Below the pieces are notes generated by a model. It saw only the letters and a list, made by a program, of their open reading frames with translations, made no database searches and was not told the origin of the DNA. DNA of 62,977 nucleotides, filler included, from Octopus bimaculoides (lineage: Eukaryota), in NCBI RefSeq assembly GCF_001194135.2. It is 9 parts of 7 records of this genome, joined end to end, with 100 filler letters (N's around TTAATTAATTAA, not from the genome) between each part and the next. Parts side by side here need not be neighbours in the genome. Positions count along the whole stretch, not along the records: positions 14,928 to 16,628 come from NC_068985.1; positions 16,729 to 23,118 come from NC_068984.1; positions 23,219 to 28,746 come from NC_069002.1; 6 more parts are not named here. One strand, written 5' to 3'. This document shows positions 14,928-28,186 of the stretch, in pieces (position 1 is the stretch's first letter; every line of letters begins with the position of its first letter). The position numbers and the translations under genes were made by a program.

Positions 14928-16500
14928 GCACAATGTGTAAGACGGTGTTGTGTCATTGTGGTACGGAGCCAGGTCTTCAAATGGCGAAGTGCACTGAATG
15001 TTCTTTTGCTTGAAGCAACAGATACAGGTGAAGACAAGACAAGCTGCATTAACGCCAACACTTGTGGCATACTAGAACGAAAAATAGCATCGGACACTCT
15101 CCATTTATCAACTATATCATTAAATAATTTAGGCAAATTTTCCCTTTCCGTCTATAGGCTAGCAAGAAGTTTGATTTGAGATGACAGTAAGAGCAAATCA
15201 AAAGAAGCAGGTAGATGTGCATTTTCAAAGTTAAATACTCCACAATTGACTGCTGACAACAGCAACTCCACTCGCTCAGAGCATACACGCATTCTCTCTT
15301 GCTGAAACTGGCGAGTTAATTCATTTTCGATGACATCCACTATAGAGAAAAATTGCTGACGCCAGTCATTGGTGACAGGAAGAGCAACTTCTTCAGTAGT
15401 TGTGTGCCTAAAGCGCAGTGGTGTGTTTTTAGATCGCGAAATGTTGGGCATTTTCACTAAGTCAGAAGAGGATACTTCATCAAAATATTTTTCAAAAACC
15501 TTCTCACTTCTCATTTTTGAAAGAGAGTTTTTCAACTTTTCAATCAATTTCAAGCAATCACCGGTTGTCGTGCCTGGACGCTGTAAGCTACGTGCCACTG
15601 GCTCACATACCCCAAATATATCCTCAGCGATTTTAATGCCGAACAAAGTGGAAGCTTTGCCAGATAGTTTTAGCAGCCCTTTAACAGTAGCCTTTGTTGT
15701 TGCTCTTAATGACGAGTCATTAAGAAGGTCAAGCAAAAAATTTTGAATATTCTTATAATTGTTTTCTGCTCATTTCAGTGCTGTTGCTCTAATGCACCAC
15801 CGAGTTGGACACACTGCTTGCAACATGATGACATTCTCACCACAAAGATTTGTCCATTGTGCTTTTCTTTCTGGTAACTTTTACAAAAATGGCGTGTTGA
15901 TGAACAAAGTTCAGTGCATCAGCTACAAAGGTAAACTTAGAACTAACTTCTTGGAGGACAAGGTCTAGAGAGTGGTTTCCACAGTGTACAAAATATGTAC
16001 CTGGGAACAAATTTTTCAATCGCATTTGTACACCTGAAATGTTTTCACTCATTGTACTTGCACCATCAAATGAAAAACACCATAGCTTTGAGCCAAGTGA
16101 AATGTTTAGGCGACAAAAAAATCTAGAAAAATCTTAGTCAGTGTCTTCGAAAAGCAGTCAGGGGGATTATAAAAACCTGGAAAATCCTCATTGACATTCA
16201 GGTCTTCAGAAACGTACTGGACAGTGAGTGATACTTGTTCCATGCCAGAGCAATTAGTGGTAACATCACATATAATGCCAATAAATCTGGAATTTTCTAC
16301 TTTTATTTTGATCTCATGTAAAATGTTATGAGCATATGCCTCTAAAATTTCATTTTGAATTGTATCAGAGAGGAAATTGTCCCGACGCTTAAACCACTGA
16401 CTTACTTCTGCACTGCATTCTTCAGCAAGTTCCCTTACAAGATTTACGAAGTTTCCCATAAGATTTTGAATTTCTGTTGAATACAACATGGCAGATGATT
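14928..16500 (-). mobile_element. Degenerate hAT-superfamily transposase (ZMYM1/DUF4371-like) remnant
   Basis: Frameshifted pieces read SDTIQNEIL...FIGIICDVTTNCSGMEQVS...YV, FDGASTMS...VHCGNHSLDL, and the hAT dimerisation motif LVLSSPVSVASSKRTFSALRHLKTWLRTTMTQHRL. Confidence 0.9.
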
Positions 16501-16889
16501 AAAAAGGGCAGACACAAGAAAGAAAAAAATAAGTAAAGAACCACGTATAAGGCCACTGAATTGTAACGAAAGAACTCTGGTCGAACAAAAACCTGAAAAA
16601 CAAATAGTGAACATCAAATAAATAGTGCNNNNNNNNNNNNNNNNNNNNNNNNNNNNNNNNNNNNNNNNNNNNTTAATTAATTAANNNNNNNNNNNNNNNN
16701 NNNNNNNNNNNNNNNNNNNNNNNNNNNNATATATATATATATATAAAGATATATATATATACACACACATAAACACACACACAGAGTAATGTGTAAATTC
16801 TAGTCATTTTATATCTGTAATCCCCCGCATATGCATTGTTTGTTTTGGGTTTCGTTGACTACACAGTATAGTAGGGTCAGTTGGGCACC

Positions 16890-17525
16890 ATCTGTGACCA
16901 AAAAGCACCATGACACAATTCACACTGTGAGAAATTTGGAAAAGACATGCTGTACTGCTTGGCATTTATGTCGAATAGGATCATTTCAGAGTGTTTGGGT
17001 GTCAATCTGAGGAGAGTGCAGAGGATTTGGAAAAAGGTGGATAAGTCTAATGGTGATTATGAAGGTATAGCAGCTCAGAAAACTCATNNNNNNNNNNAAA
17101 TAAACAACGTCGTATATTGAGGTTACAACCGCACGGGAGACAGACACGGAAGTTTCCTAATTCTTCATCAGTTATCAACCAAAATGGTGATACTCAGTTT
17201 CGCACCATTAATGATAAGACTGAGAACTTCCTATATTGGTGGTGCCTGTGAAAGTGACAGAGAATGTCGGGCCTCAAACAAACAAAACAACACAGAGTGG
17301 ACATACGAAAGTTAAAAAATGTAATTTAAGACGATGGACAAAAGACGAAAGAAGTAGAAAACAAGCAAAATAGGTCCTTTGGGCTAAAAAGACAAGAATG
17401 GTGGGTAATGTTTAGAAGAAATCCTAAAGGACATGGAAATAGCAAAACAGAAATTTTTTGCGGCCGGTGTGAAAAAGATAGACAAAGAAGGAAAACTGGC
17501 CTTGGGTCAGGTGTCAGCAGTAGGT

Positions 17526-17560
<35 letters not shown>

Positions 17561-19340
17561 NNNNNNNNNNNNNNNNNNNNNNNNNNNNNNNNNNNNNNNN
17601 NNNNNNNNNNNNNNNNNNNNNNNNNNNNNNNNNNNNNNNNNNNNNNNNNNNNNNNNNNNNNNNNNNNNNNNNNNNNNNNNNNNNNNNNNNNNNNNNNNNN
17701 NNNNNNNNNNNNNNNNNNNNNNNNNNNNNNNNNNNNNNNNNNNNNNNNNNNNNNNNNNNNNNNNNNNNNNNNNNNNNNNNNNNNNNNNNNNNNNNNNNNN
17801 NNNNNNNNNNNNNNNNNNNNNNNNNNNNNNNNNNNNNNNNNNNNNNNNNNNNNNNNNNNNNNNNNNNNNNNNNNNNNNNNNNNNNNNNNNNNNNNNNNNN
17901 NNNNNNNNNNNNNNNNNNNNNNNNNNNNNNNNNNNNNNNNNNNNNNNNNNNNNNNNNNNNNNNNNNNNNNNNNNNNNNNNNNNNNNNNNNNNNNNNNNNN
18001 NNNNNNNNNNNNNNNNNNNNNNNNNNNNNNNNNNNNNNNNNNNNNNNNNNNNNNNNNNNNNNNNNNNNNNNNNNNNNNNNNNNNNNNNNNNNNNNNNNNN
18101 NNNNNNNNNNNNNNNNNNNNNNNNNNNNNNNNNNNNNNNNNNNNNNNNNNNNNNNNNNNNNNNNNNNNNNNNNNNNNNNNNNNNNNNNNNNNNNNNNNNN
18201 NNNNNNNNNNNNNNNNNNNNNNNNNNNNNNNNNNNNNNNNNNNNNNNNNNNNNNNNNNNNNNNNNNNNNNNNNNNNNNNNNNNNNNNNNNNNNNNNNNNN
18301 NNNNNNNNNNNNNNNNNNNNNNNNNNNNNNNNNNNNNNNNNNNNNNNNNNNNNNNNNNNNNNNNNNNNNNNNNNNNNNNNNNNNNNNNNNNNNNNNNNNN
18401 NNNNNNNNNNNNNNNNNNNNNNNNNNNNNNNNNATCCAGGCCAGGATTGACAATGATCCCTACAAGTCAATCAGGTCCATCACCAGGGGCACGAGAGTGT
18501 CAGCGTTTCTTATCAGACAGGCAGTGCATAAAGACATTTCGCATTCCTCAAACAAGGTGAGAAAGGACCAAATTTTATCCCAACCCACCAAGGACAAGAG
18601 GAAAGATTGCATTATGAAGCTTTTGAACAAATTCAAACATCCCCTCCAACTGATCATGCTTTGGTTTTAAACAGACGAGAAAAAATTCTGCCAGGATGAA
18701 ATGGTGAACACACAGAACAACTTTTGGCTTGCCGTGTTCCCAAAACATGTACCAAGAGTGATAAAAATCAAACATCCAGTCAACGCCGCGGTGTTTGGAG
18801 TGATCACTAGTGATGGCGACGTTATGCCTCCATTCATCTTCCCACATGGCCTCATACTCAATACGGAGGCCTACACCAAGTGCCTGGATAAGGTAGTGCT
18901 GCCCTGGGTAAAGAGGGTGGCTGCTAGAAGACCCTGTGTCTAGCAACAGGACTTTGCGCAATGCTACACAAGCAGGAGAACCCAGTCATGGCTGCCAGAC
19001 AATTTGTGCGACTACATCACCGCTAACATCTGGCCACCTAACTCCCCAGGCAACAAACCCCCTTGATTATTATGTGTGTGGCGCAGTTGAGCGAGAGACC
19101 AACAAAACTCCTTGTAAAACCATAGACGAACTGAAGGCAAGGACTATGGCAGCATTCACCAACTTAAACAAGGAGACTGTACAGAAGAATTACAGGAGAT
19201 TCCGAAGTCGTTTGGAGACCGTGGTTAAAGCAAATGGCGATTTTATTGAATACATTTACTCTTTAGTGTTTCAAGATATTTTTATGTAATTTTGGTAAAA
19301 ATATCTGTTAAAATGAGATGTCAGTGTTATTTTCATTTTT
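16890..19340 (+). mobile_element. DD37D (maT-like) mariner transposon remnant, interrupted by an insertion and gaps
   Basis: A likely N-terminal piece (MTQFTL...KRHAVLLG) lies at about 16910-17087. The catalytic part at 18435-19250 reads VFGVITSDGDVMPPFIF, QQD...WPPNSP.(fs)NPLDYYV and ANGDFIE. After frameshift correction, 37 residues separate the second and third Asp. There is an in-frame stop at 18941. Confidence 0.8.
17098..17530 (-). mobile_element. Unclassified insertion inside the mariner element
   Basis: Non-mariner sequence splits the transposase. It carries CTGATGA...GAAA on the minus strand (about 17150-17171), but helix pairing is poor. Confidence 0.3.
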
Positions 19341-21653
19341 GTGTACCTTAGACAACAATATATTCAGTGTACACTGTATATATATATANNNNNNNNNNNN
19401 NNNNNNNNNNNNNNNNNNNNNNNNNNNNNNNNNNNNNNNNNNNNNNNNNNNNNNNNNNNNNNNNNNNNNNNNNNNNNNNNNNNNNNNNNNNNNNNNNNNN
19501 NNNNNNNNNNNNNNNNNNNNNNNNNNNNNNNNNNNNNNNNNNNNNNNNNNNNNNNNNNNNNNNNNNNNNNNNNNNNNNNNNNNNNNNNNNNNNNNNNNNN
19601 NNNNNNNNNNNNNNNNNNNNNNNNNNNNNNNNNNNNNNNNNNNNNNNNNNNNNNNNNNNNNNNNNNNNNNNNNNNNNNNNNNNNNNNNNNNNNNNNNNNN
19701 NNNNNNNNNNNNNNNNNNNNNNNNNNNNNNNNNNNNNNNNNNNNNNNNNNNNNNNNNNNNNNNNNNNNNNNNNNNNNNNNNNNNNNNNNNNNNNNNNNNN
19801 NNNNNNNNNNNNNNNNNNNNNNNNNNNNNNNNNNNNNNNNNNNNNNNNNNNNNNNNNNNNNNNNNNNNNNNNNNNNNNNNNNNNNNNNNNNNNNNNNNNN
19901 NNNNNNNNNNNNNNNNNNNNNNNNNNNNNNNNNNNNNNNNNNNNNNNNNNNNNNNNNNNNNNNNNNNNNNNNNNNNNNNNNNNNNNNNNNNNNNNNNNNN
20001 NNNNNNNNNNNNNNNNNNNNNNNNNNNNNNNNNNNNNNNNNNNNNNNNNNNNNNNNNNNNNNNNNNNNNNNNNNNNNNNNNNNNNNNNNNNNNNNNNNNN
20101 NNNNNNNNNNNNNNNNNNNNNNNNNNNNNNNNNNNNNNNNNNNNNNNNNNNNNNNNNNNNNNNNNNNNNNNNNNNNNNNNNNNNNNNNNNNNNNNNNNNN
20201 NNNNNNNNNNNNNNNNNNNNNNNNNNNNNNNNNNNNNNNNNNNNNNNNNNNNNNNNNNNNNNNNNNNNNNNNNATATATATATATATATATATAACACTT
20301 CAGAAGAAACGTGCTTTTACATTTCGGACAATAGTCTTTCATTATAAGAAAAGTAAAGAGAGAATTGCAGGGAGAGTGTGAGAGAGAATCAGTAGATGCA
20401 AAAGAAAAGAGAAATTATTTAGTAAAATATATTATTTTACTATGCCTATATATATTCTTTTATTTTTTAACCTGTTTCAGTCATTTGACTGAGGCAATGT
20501 TGGAGCACCTATATGTATATATACGTATGTGTGTGTGTCTGCATATGTATATGCATATACATATATACGCAAACTAAAATAATATATTATGTAATATATT
20601 ATGGTATATACAGACAACGTTTAAATACACGTACAAATAAGAAGACACGTTACAAGTATACTAATATATACAGACGCACATTTCTCCTTGAAAACATAGA
20701 ATAAATCACATAGACAAGAGGCAATAAGACGCAAAAAACACTAATAATCCACATGAAAATGTTACATTATGCAAAACCCAATGCAGATATAAAAGAAAAC
20801 TAAATAACAGAGTGCACAGAAAAAAGTATTTTAAGTTTGTGCGTATGAGAAAATATAAAATTCTAGATTTCTGTTATTCTATCAGCAGTCTTGATCAAAT
20901 TAAAGAAAAATTATATTCAAGTAAGAAGTAAAATGTTTTTTTAATATTTTAGACAACTCAAGATGTTAAAAAAAATAGTGTCTGTGTGTGTGTATGTGTG
21001 TGTGTCTGTGTATGTGCATTTATGTTTGTATAGACATGCATATTTATGTATATACATGTACATACAAGTTAATATATTTATATGTAAATTTATAACTATA
21101 AACATATGTGTGTATAAATATACATATATATATATGTGTGTGCATGCGTATATTCATAAATATGTATACATACAGATATACATATGTATATAGATAGAGA
21201 GAGAAAGAGAGAGGAGAGAAGAAGATAAATAGAAATAAGCATACACTTATATATATAATTTTATACTTATATAACTACATATATACATACATAGAGACGT
21301 ATACGTGAACACACAGCTTTAAAAATAAATCTACATATATATTATAAATATGTGTGTGTGTGTGTGTGTGTGTGTACACGCGCACACACACACTTAACAT
21401 ATATATATATATATATATACATATATATCATAAAAAGAAAAATGCCTTTGTCGTTCAATCATGTTAACCACATGTTAACCATCATTCAATGTAATTTAGT
21501 AAATGTTTTCACTGTTACAAAAATTCTTGTCATGTTCTTATGCATATGAACTTTCTGACTAGAGGTCACGATTCTAATCGTCAGCATATTGTGTTTGATC
21601 TTCGTGCAAAGGCCCCAGGAGCACATCGTACAGCGTCTTTTATATTGATATAT

Positions 21654-22290
21654 GACGAGGAGCTGACGGAATCGTTGGGACGTCAGCGAAATATGCTTAG
21701 AGGTATGTCGTCGGCCTATACGTTCTGAGTTCCAATTCCACCAAGGACAACTTTGCTTTTCATCCTTCCGGGCTTGATAAAATAAGTACCAATCAAATAT
21801 TAGGGTCGATGTAATTGAATTCCTCTTCCCCTCAAAAACTGCTGGCATTTTCCCAAAATTTGAAACCATTATATAAGGATGTAAAGGCGACGAGCTGGCA
21901 AAATCGTGGGCACGCCGGGCAAAAACTTTAGAGCGGCATTTCGTCTTTATGTCCAGAGTTCAAACTCTGCAGAGGTCGATTTTGCCTTTAATTTAATTGG
22001 AGTCATTGAAATAAGTATCAGTCGAACAGTGGGGTTGACTAAAATCCCTTCCTACAAATTTTCAGGCATTGTTCCATAGTGCAGAAAGAATTGCATATAA
22101 CGATGTGAAGCTGCGTCGATCTGGTAGAATCCTTACCGCGCCGGGTTAAATACTTAGCAACATTTCTTCTGGCAATTTCTGTTCTAGGTCAAAATACTGC
22201 CGAGGTCGACTTTCATGCAATGGAGGTCGATCACTACATTATCACTGGTGTGAATTGCTGGCCTCGAGACAAAATTAGAATGAATTATAT
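21654..22290 (+). mobile_element. Three head-to-tail family A SINEs (starts at about 21654, 21886 and 22110)
   Basis: Each unit has an A-box-like start (G)AGCTGGCA.AATCGT, a B-box-like GTTC.AAT.C and a GTCGA motif. Confidence 0.8.
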
Positions 22291-22760
22291 ATGACTGTAG
22301 AATATAATTTGAGTTACGTTTAGCTGCAATTTCTGTGTAGAACTTCCATACCTGCCACATTAGTTATTTAATATTTTTTTCATCACACACAAAAAAAAAT
22401 CATTGTTCTTCGATAGGGTGAATTTTTTGGAACATTTTTCAACGAAAAGAAAACAAAAATTTAAGATATTTGTTAGTTAAAGAATATCCCGTAGGCTAAA
22501 TTTGAATCGAAAGAAAACTAATTATCTTTCTTTAACTTGGAATTTAAAACAAAAATTAATTTTACACAAGGTACATACATTTGCGTAATCCAAACAGAAA
22601 TACATACATATATGCAACTATACACACACACACGCACACACAGAGAGATATGTATGTATGGGCATATATATTATACACACACAATTATATATATACAGAG
22701 AAAGCGAGAGAGAGAGAGAAACAGACAGACAGATAGGCAGACGGACAGACAAAAGGAAGG

Positions 22761-22796
<36 letters not shown>

Positions 22797-22871
22797 GTGT
22801 ATATATATATATATATGTATGTATGTATGTATATACATGTGTGTGTGTATACATATTAAAAGCAGGCTTAC

Positions 22872-22986
22872 CTTGGACTACATCGAAATTGGTTTTTACT
22901 GGCATCAATACATTCACATGTATAATCACAGCCGTCTTCCCATGTCTCTCCTTGTTTATAAACCTTTGAATTGTACATGCAGACAC
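22872..22986 (-). CDS. Internal coding exon encoding the first part of a VWC-type cysteine-rich repeat
   Basis: A 115-bp exon, phase 1 in and phase 2 out: (x)VCMYNSKVYKQGETWEDGCDYTCECIDASKNQFRCSP(R), matching C-x-Y..Y..GE.W.DGC...C.C. The acceptor is ttcgttttattgctcaag| and the donor is CCAAG|gtaagc. This frame is absent from the ORF track. Confidence 0.8.
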
Positions 22987-23087
22987 CTTGAGCAATAAAA
23001 CGAAGTATATTAGCTACAGGAGACATTTCAGGCGCTCACCAACCAAATATAAATAAACACAAGGGTCTTAAATGATATTAAATATTA

Positions 23088-23118
<31 letters not shown>

Positions 23119-26100
23119 NNNNNNNNNNNNNNNNNNNNNNNNNNNNNNNNNNNNNNNNNNNNTTAATTAATTAANNNNNNNNNNNNNNNNNNNNNNNNNN
23201 NNNNNNNNNNNNNNNNNNTATATATATATATATATATATGTATGTATATGATGATAACGTAACTTACCAAAGTACCGTTTATTATTCTTTTAACTTCCCA
23301 AGGTCTGTTTTCGAATCCTAAAATCTTTGCTGATGAAAGCAAGAAAAAATCAATGAAACATTGATTACCAAGACTAAAGTAGAACCAAGATCCTCCCGAT
23401 TATCAAATCTGAACGATGTTTATGGCAAAAAAACAAACAAAAGAAAAAGCAGAAAAAATTGTAAAATATTACAGAAAACATAAAATACAACGAAACATAA
23501 ATGAATATGGCGGCGACGGAAACAGGAAAGCAAAGAAAAAAAAATCATAAATAAAATCGTTAAAAAAACCCTCCTAAAACGGATAAAAAAGAATAAAAGA
23601 AAAAAAAAACAAGCGCTTATAAAAGGTCACTAAGACTTCTAGAAGATACGGAAGATACAGATTGTTTTCTAGCTATTAAAAAGGGTTATTTGGACACCTC
23701 GAAGATAATTCTGAACATAGAGATTCTATCGTGGCCATTAAAAGAAGTCATTTTAACACCTTCATCATAATACGCACCATAAAGATTATATCAGAGTCAT
23801 TTAAAGAACAGAAGTACACACACAGGAACACACACAAAACACATACACTCACAAATATACAAATCAAACAGATCCTATAGCAATGAAACAGTAGAATCCT
23901 AGGAAAACATTTATGGTTTGCGTAGGCCAAAATGATAGGCCAAATGTTCACAGAATGGAATGAATAATTTTGCCTTCGGGAATAAAAGTTCTAAGGTTTT
24001 GCAGAGAGGAGCTCGTCAGAGAGTGTGATGATGAATTGTTTGCGGGTGTTGCTGGATAAATAGAGGGAGTTGTTAATGCGGGGAAGAAATGAATATAACT
24101 GTAATGAATAAGGGGATGTCGGTTACGAAAAAAAAAAAAATCGAAATCTTTCGAGAAAGAAAACCTTCCCACATCCGTGTACTCGAACGTGTCAAACGTG
24201 ATTGGACACACACATCCCCCCTCTCTCTCCCTCTCNNNNNNNNNNNNNNNNNNNNNNNNNNNNNNNNNNNNNNNNNNNNNNNNNNNNNNNNNNNNNNNNN
24301 NNNNNNNNNNNNNNNNNNNNNNNNNNNNNNNNNNNNNNNNNNNNNNNNNNNNNNNNNNNNNNNNNNNNNNNNNNNNNNNNNNNNNNNNNNNNNNNNNNNN
24401 NNNNNNNNNNNNNNNNNNNNNNNNNNNNNNNNNNNNNNNNNNNNNNNNNNNNNNNNNNNNNNNNNNNNNNNNNNNNNNNNNNNNNNNNNNNNNNNNNNNN
24501 NNNNNNNNNNNNNNNNNNNNNNNNNNNNNNNNNNNNNNNNNNNNNNNNNNNNNNNNNNNNNNNNNNNNNNNNNNNNNNNNNNNNNNNNNNNNNNNNNNNN
24601 NNNNNNNNNNNNNNNNNNNNNNNNNNNNNNNNNNNNNNNNNNNNNNNNNNNNNNNNNNNNNNNNNNNNNNNNNNNNNNNNNNNNNNNNNNNNNNNNNNNN
24701 NNNNNNNNNNNNNNNNNNNNNNNNNNNNNNNNNNNNNNNNNNNNNNNNNNNNNNNNNNNNNNNNNNNNNNNNNNNNNNNNNNNNNNNNNNNNNNNNNNNN
24801 NNNNNNNNNNNNNNNNNNNNNNNNNNNNNNNNNNNNNNNNNNNNNNNNNNNNNNNNNNNNNNNNNNNNNNNNNNNNNNNNNNNNNNNNNNNNNNNNNNNN
24901 NNNNNNNNNNNNNNNNNNNNNNNNNNNNNNNNNNNNNNNNNNNNNNNNNNNNNNNNNNNNNNNNNNNNNNNNNNNNNNNNNNNNNNNNNNNNNNNNNNNN
25001 NNNNNNNNNNNNNNNNNNNNNNNNNNNNNNNNNNNNNNNNNNNNNNNNNNNNNNNNNNNNNNNNNNNNNNNNNNNNNNNNNNNNNNNNNNNNNNNNNNNN
25101 NNNNNNNNNNNNNNNNNNNNNNNNNNNNNNNNNNNNNNNNNNNNNNNNNNNNNNNNNNNNTTGTTGTTCACACACCCGCCTTCGTCATTTGTTGTTTTTT
25201 TTTGTAAATTCTCACTATTCCTACATATTCCCGAGCGTTAAACTAATACATCTGTTTGTTGTTCACACACCCGCCTTCGTCATTTGTTGTTTTTTTTTGT
25301 AAATTCTCACTATTCCTACATATTCCCGAGCGTTAAACTAATACTTGTATACTCACGTATGCTTAAAAATGCATACAGATAGATCAAAACAACCACTCGC
25401 ACACATGTATAGAGTGTATAGTCGTGCTTTTTCTAAGACTGAGGAAATGAATATATTTGTAGCCGCAACTATATAGCGGGTGGTTGAGAAGAAAGTAGTC
25501 ACTCGAGATAGATTAGAAGGGAATGAGGCGTTTATTGATACCCGTAGGGGTGATAGTTCTAAGAGCAGAAATGAAATGTTTTTCTCCTTCGAATTTACAG
25601 TCGATGTTGGCCAGTGATATTAGATGACCCCCACACAGAGAGAAGTAGCTCAAGTAGTGACTGAAGAATCGAACTTCCGGGTTACGTGTTTGGAGATTGC
25701 TTATCTGCTTGACAAACGTAGGAGGAAAAAAAGACCGTGACACGAGAATGCTGATCTTTGAACCAAATATTCCTTGTAGTTGGTGGTCGATAGGGCGAGA
25801 TTGATCGGGGGATTTTGATGGTTTCTAGTAAATATCCTATTTGTATGTCAAAGAGCATCCATTTCCTTGATACAGCGTGTGATTCTGAGAATGGTGAATG
25901 GTGATTTTGGTGATTAATGATACATAAGGTTTTATGTCCTGTTCACTATCGCAGCTTATTTGTTTTTCCTTATTAATCTGTATTGATAAATGAATACTAT
26001 CGTATAGCTCAAGTTTTAAGGTATTCCAGTTCACACACACATCTATATATAAGTATCGATGCATCTATATACATATAACTTTACGTATATATATATTTAT

Positions 26101-26140
26101 ATGCATATGTGTATGTATATATGTGCGTGTATAATTACAT

Positions 26141-26182
<42 letters not shown>

Positions 26183-27072
26183 NNNNNNNNNNNNNNNNNN
26201 NNNNNNNNNNNNNNNNNNNNNNNNNNNNNNNNNNNNNNNNNNNNNNNNNNNNNNNNNNNNNNNNNNNNNNNNNNNNNNNNNNNNNNNNNNNNNNNNNNNN
26301 NNNNNNNNNNNNNNNNNNNNNNNNNNNNNNNNNNNNNNNNNNNNNNNNNNNNNNNNNNNNNNNNNNNNNNNNNNNNNNNNNNNNNNNNNNNNNNNNNNNN
26401 NNNNNNNNNNNNNNNNNNNNNNNNNNNNNNNNNNNNNNNNNNNNNNNNNNNNNNNNNNNNNNNNNNNNNNNNNNNNNNNNNNNNNNNNNNNNNNNNNNNN
26501 NNNNNNNNNNNNNNNNNNNNNNNNNNNNNNNNNNNNNNNNNNNNNNNNNNNNNNNNNNNNNNNNNNNNNNNNNNNNNNNNNNNNNNNNNNNNNNNNNNNN
26601 NNNNNNNNNNNNNNNNNNNNNNNNNNNNNNNNNNNNNNNNNNNNNNNNNNNNNNNNNNNNNNNNNNNNNNNNNNNNNNNNNNNNNNNNNNNNNNNNNNNN
26701 NNNNNNNNNNNNNNNNNNNNNNNNNNNNNNNNNNNNNNNNNNNNNNNNNNNNNNNNNNNNNNNNNNNNNNNNNNNNNNNNNNNNNNNNNNNNNNNNNNNN
26801 NNNNNNNNNNNNNNNNNNNNNNNNNNNNNNNNNNNNNNNNNNNNNNNNNNNNNNNNNNNNNNNNNNNNNNNNNNNNNNNNNNNNNNNNNNNNNNNNNNNN
26901 NNNNNNNNNNNNNNNNNNNNNNNNNNNNNNNNNNNNNNNNNNNNNNNNNNNNNNNNNNNNNNNNNNNNNNNNNNNNNNNNNNNNNNNNNNNNNNNNNNNN
27001 NNNNNNNNNNNNNNNNNNNNNNNNNNNNNNNNNNNNNNNNNNNNNNNNNNNNNNNNNNNNNNNNNNNNNNNN

Positions 27073-27105
<33 letters not shown>

Positions 27106-27499
27106 GATTCTGTACGAGAGAGTGCTTGTGTGTTTCTGTGTGTTTATATATCGCCAAGAAAGCAAGTTAACGATTATTCAGTGACTAGACTGAATTCTCT
27201 GAGCGGAGCCTCTGAAACGCCGAACCACTTCATCAAGGGGTTAAACAGTGGCAATATTTTTTGTAGATTCTGGTTGTAGACAAATTTAGAAAAAGCGACA
27301 TTACAGAAAAGACAAAAAAAACAAAACAAAAAAAACAACAAAAAACAAAAGAAAGAAATGAGCAATATTATAACACAAATGAAATCCGGAGATGTGTCGA
27401 GATGCAATCAGCTGTAATAATTATGTGAATGCGCTTCATTTATTTATGATGTGATTGCTATTTCAATTGATTTTGAAAGGAAAAAAAATGTCCTACGTT

Positions 27500-27500
27500 G

Positions 27501-27531
<31 letters not shown>

Positions 27532-27615
27532 GATTAATATTATTATAATAATGATGATGATGATGATGATGATCATTATTTTTCTGTCATTGTTACAGCA
27601 TCATCAATAACATCA

Positions 27616-27675
<60 letters not shown>

Positions 27676-27842
27676 GCTGCTGCTACTGCAGTTGCCGCTG
27701 CCACCACCACCACCACCACCACCACCACATACGTACATACAAACATACATACATACATGCGTACGCACATACATACATATATACATGCATACATTCATAA
27801 ATATATTCATTAACACATACATACAAAGATGAATGCATACAT

Positions 27843-27873
<31 letters not shown>

Positions 27874-27890
27874 GATACGTATATACATTA
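27500..27890. repeat. Compound microsatellite cluster (TAT, GAT, CTA, CCA, ACAT)
   Basis: Seen directly. Confidence 0.9.
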
Positions 27891-28148
27891 ATANNNNNNN
27901 NNNNNNNNNNNNNNNNNNNNNNNNNNNNNNNNNNNNNNNNNNNNNNNNNNNNNNNNNNNNNNNNNNNNNNNNNNNNNNNNNNNNNNNNNNNNNNNNNNNN
28001 NNNNNNNNNNNNNNNNNNNNNNNNNNNNNNNNNNNNNNNNNNNNNNNNNNNNNNNNNNNNNNNNNNNNNNNNNNNNNNNNNNNNNNNNNNTATATATATA
28101 TATATATGTATATGTATTTCTATATATATAAATGTGTGTGTGTGTATA

Positions 28149-28186
<38 letters not shown>

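Noticed and set aside
17140-17175. CTGATGA...GAAA...GTC hammerhead-like core on the minus strand (also CTGATGA near 55228)
   Set aside because: Helices I-III do not pair convincingly, so it is a decayed relic at best.
25161-25344. ~89-bp direct tandem duplication
   Set aside because: The copies are nearly identical and abut a gap, so a contig-end overlap artefact is the likely cause.
25601-25664. Plus-strand acceptor followed by RCWPVILDDPHTERSSSSSD*
   Set aside because: It is short, with no recognisable domain or partner exon.
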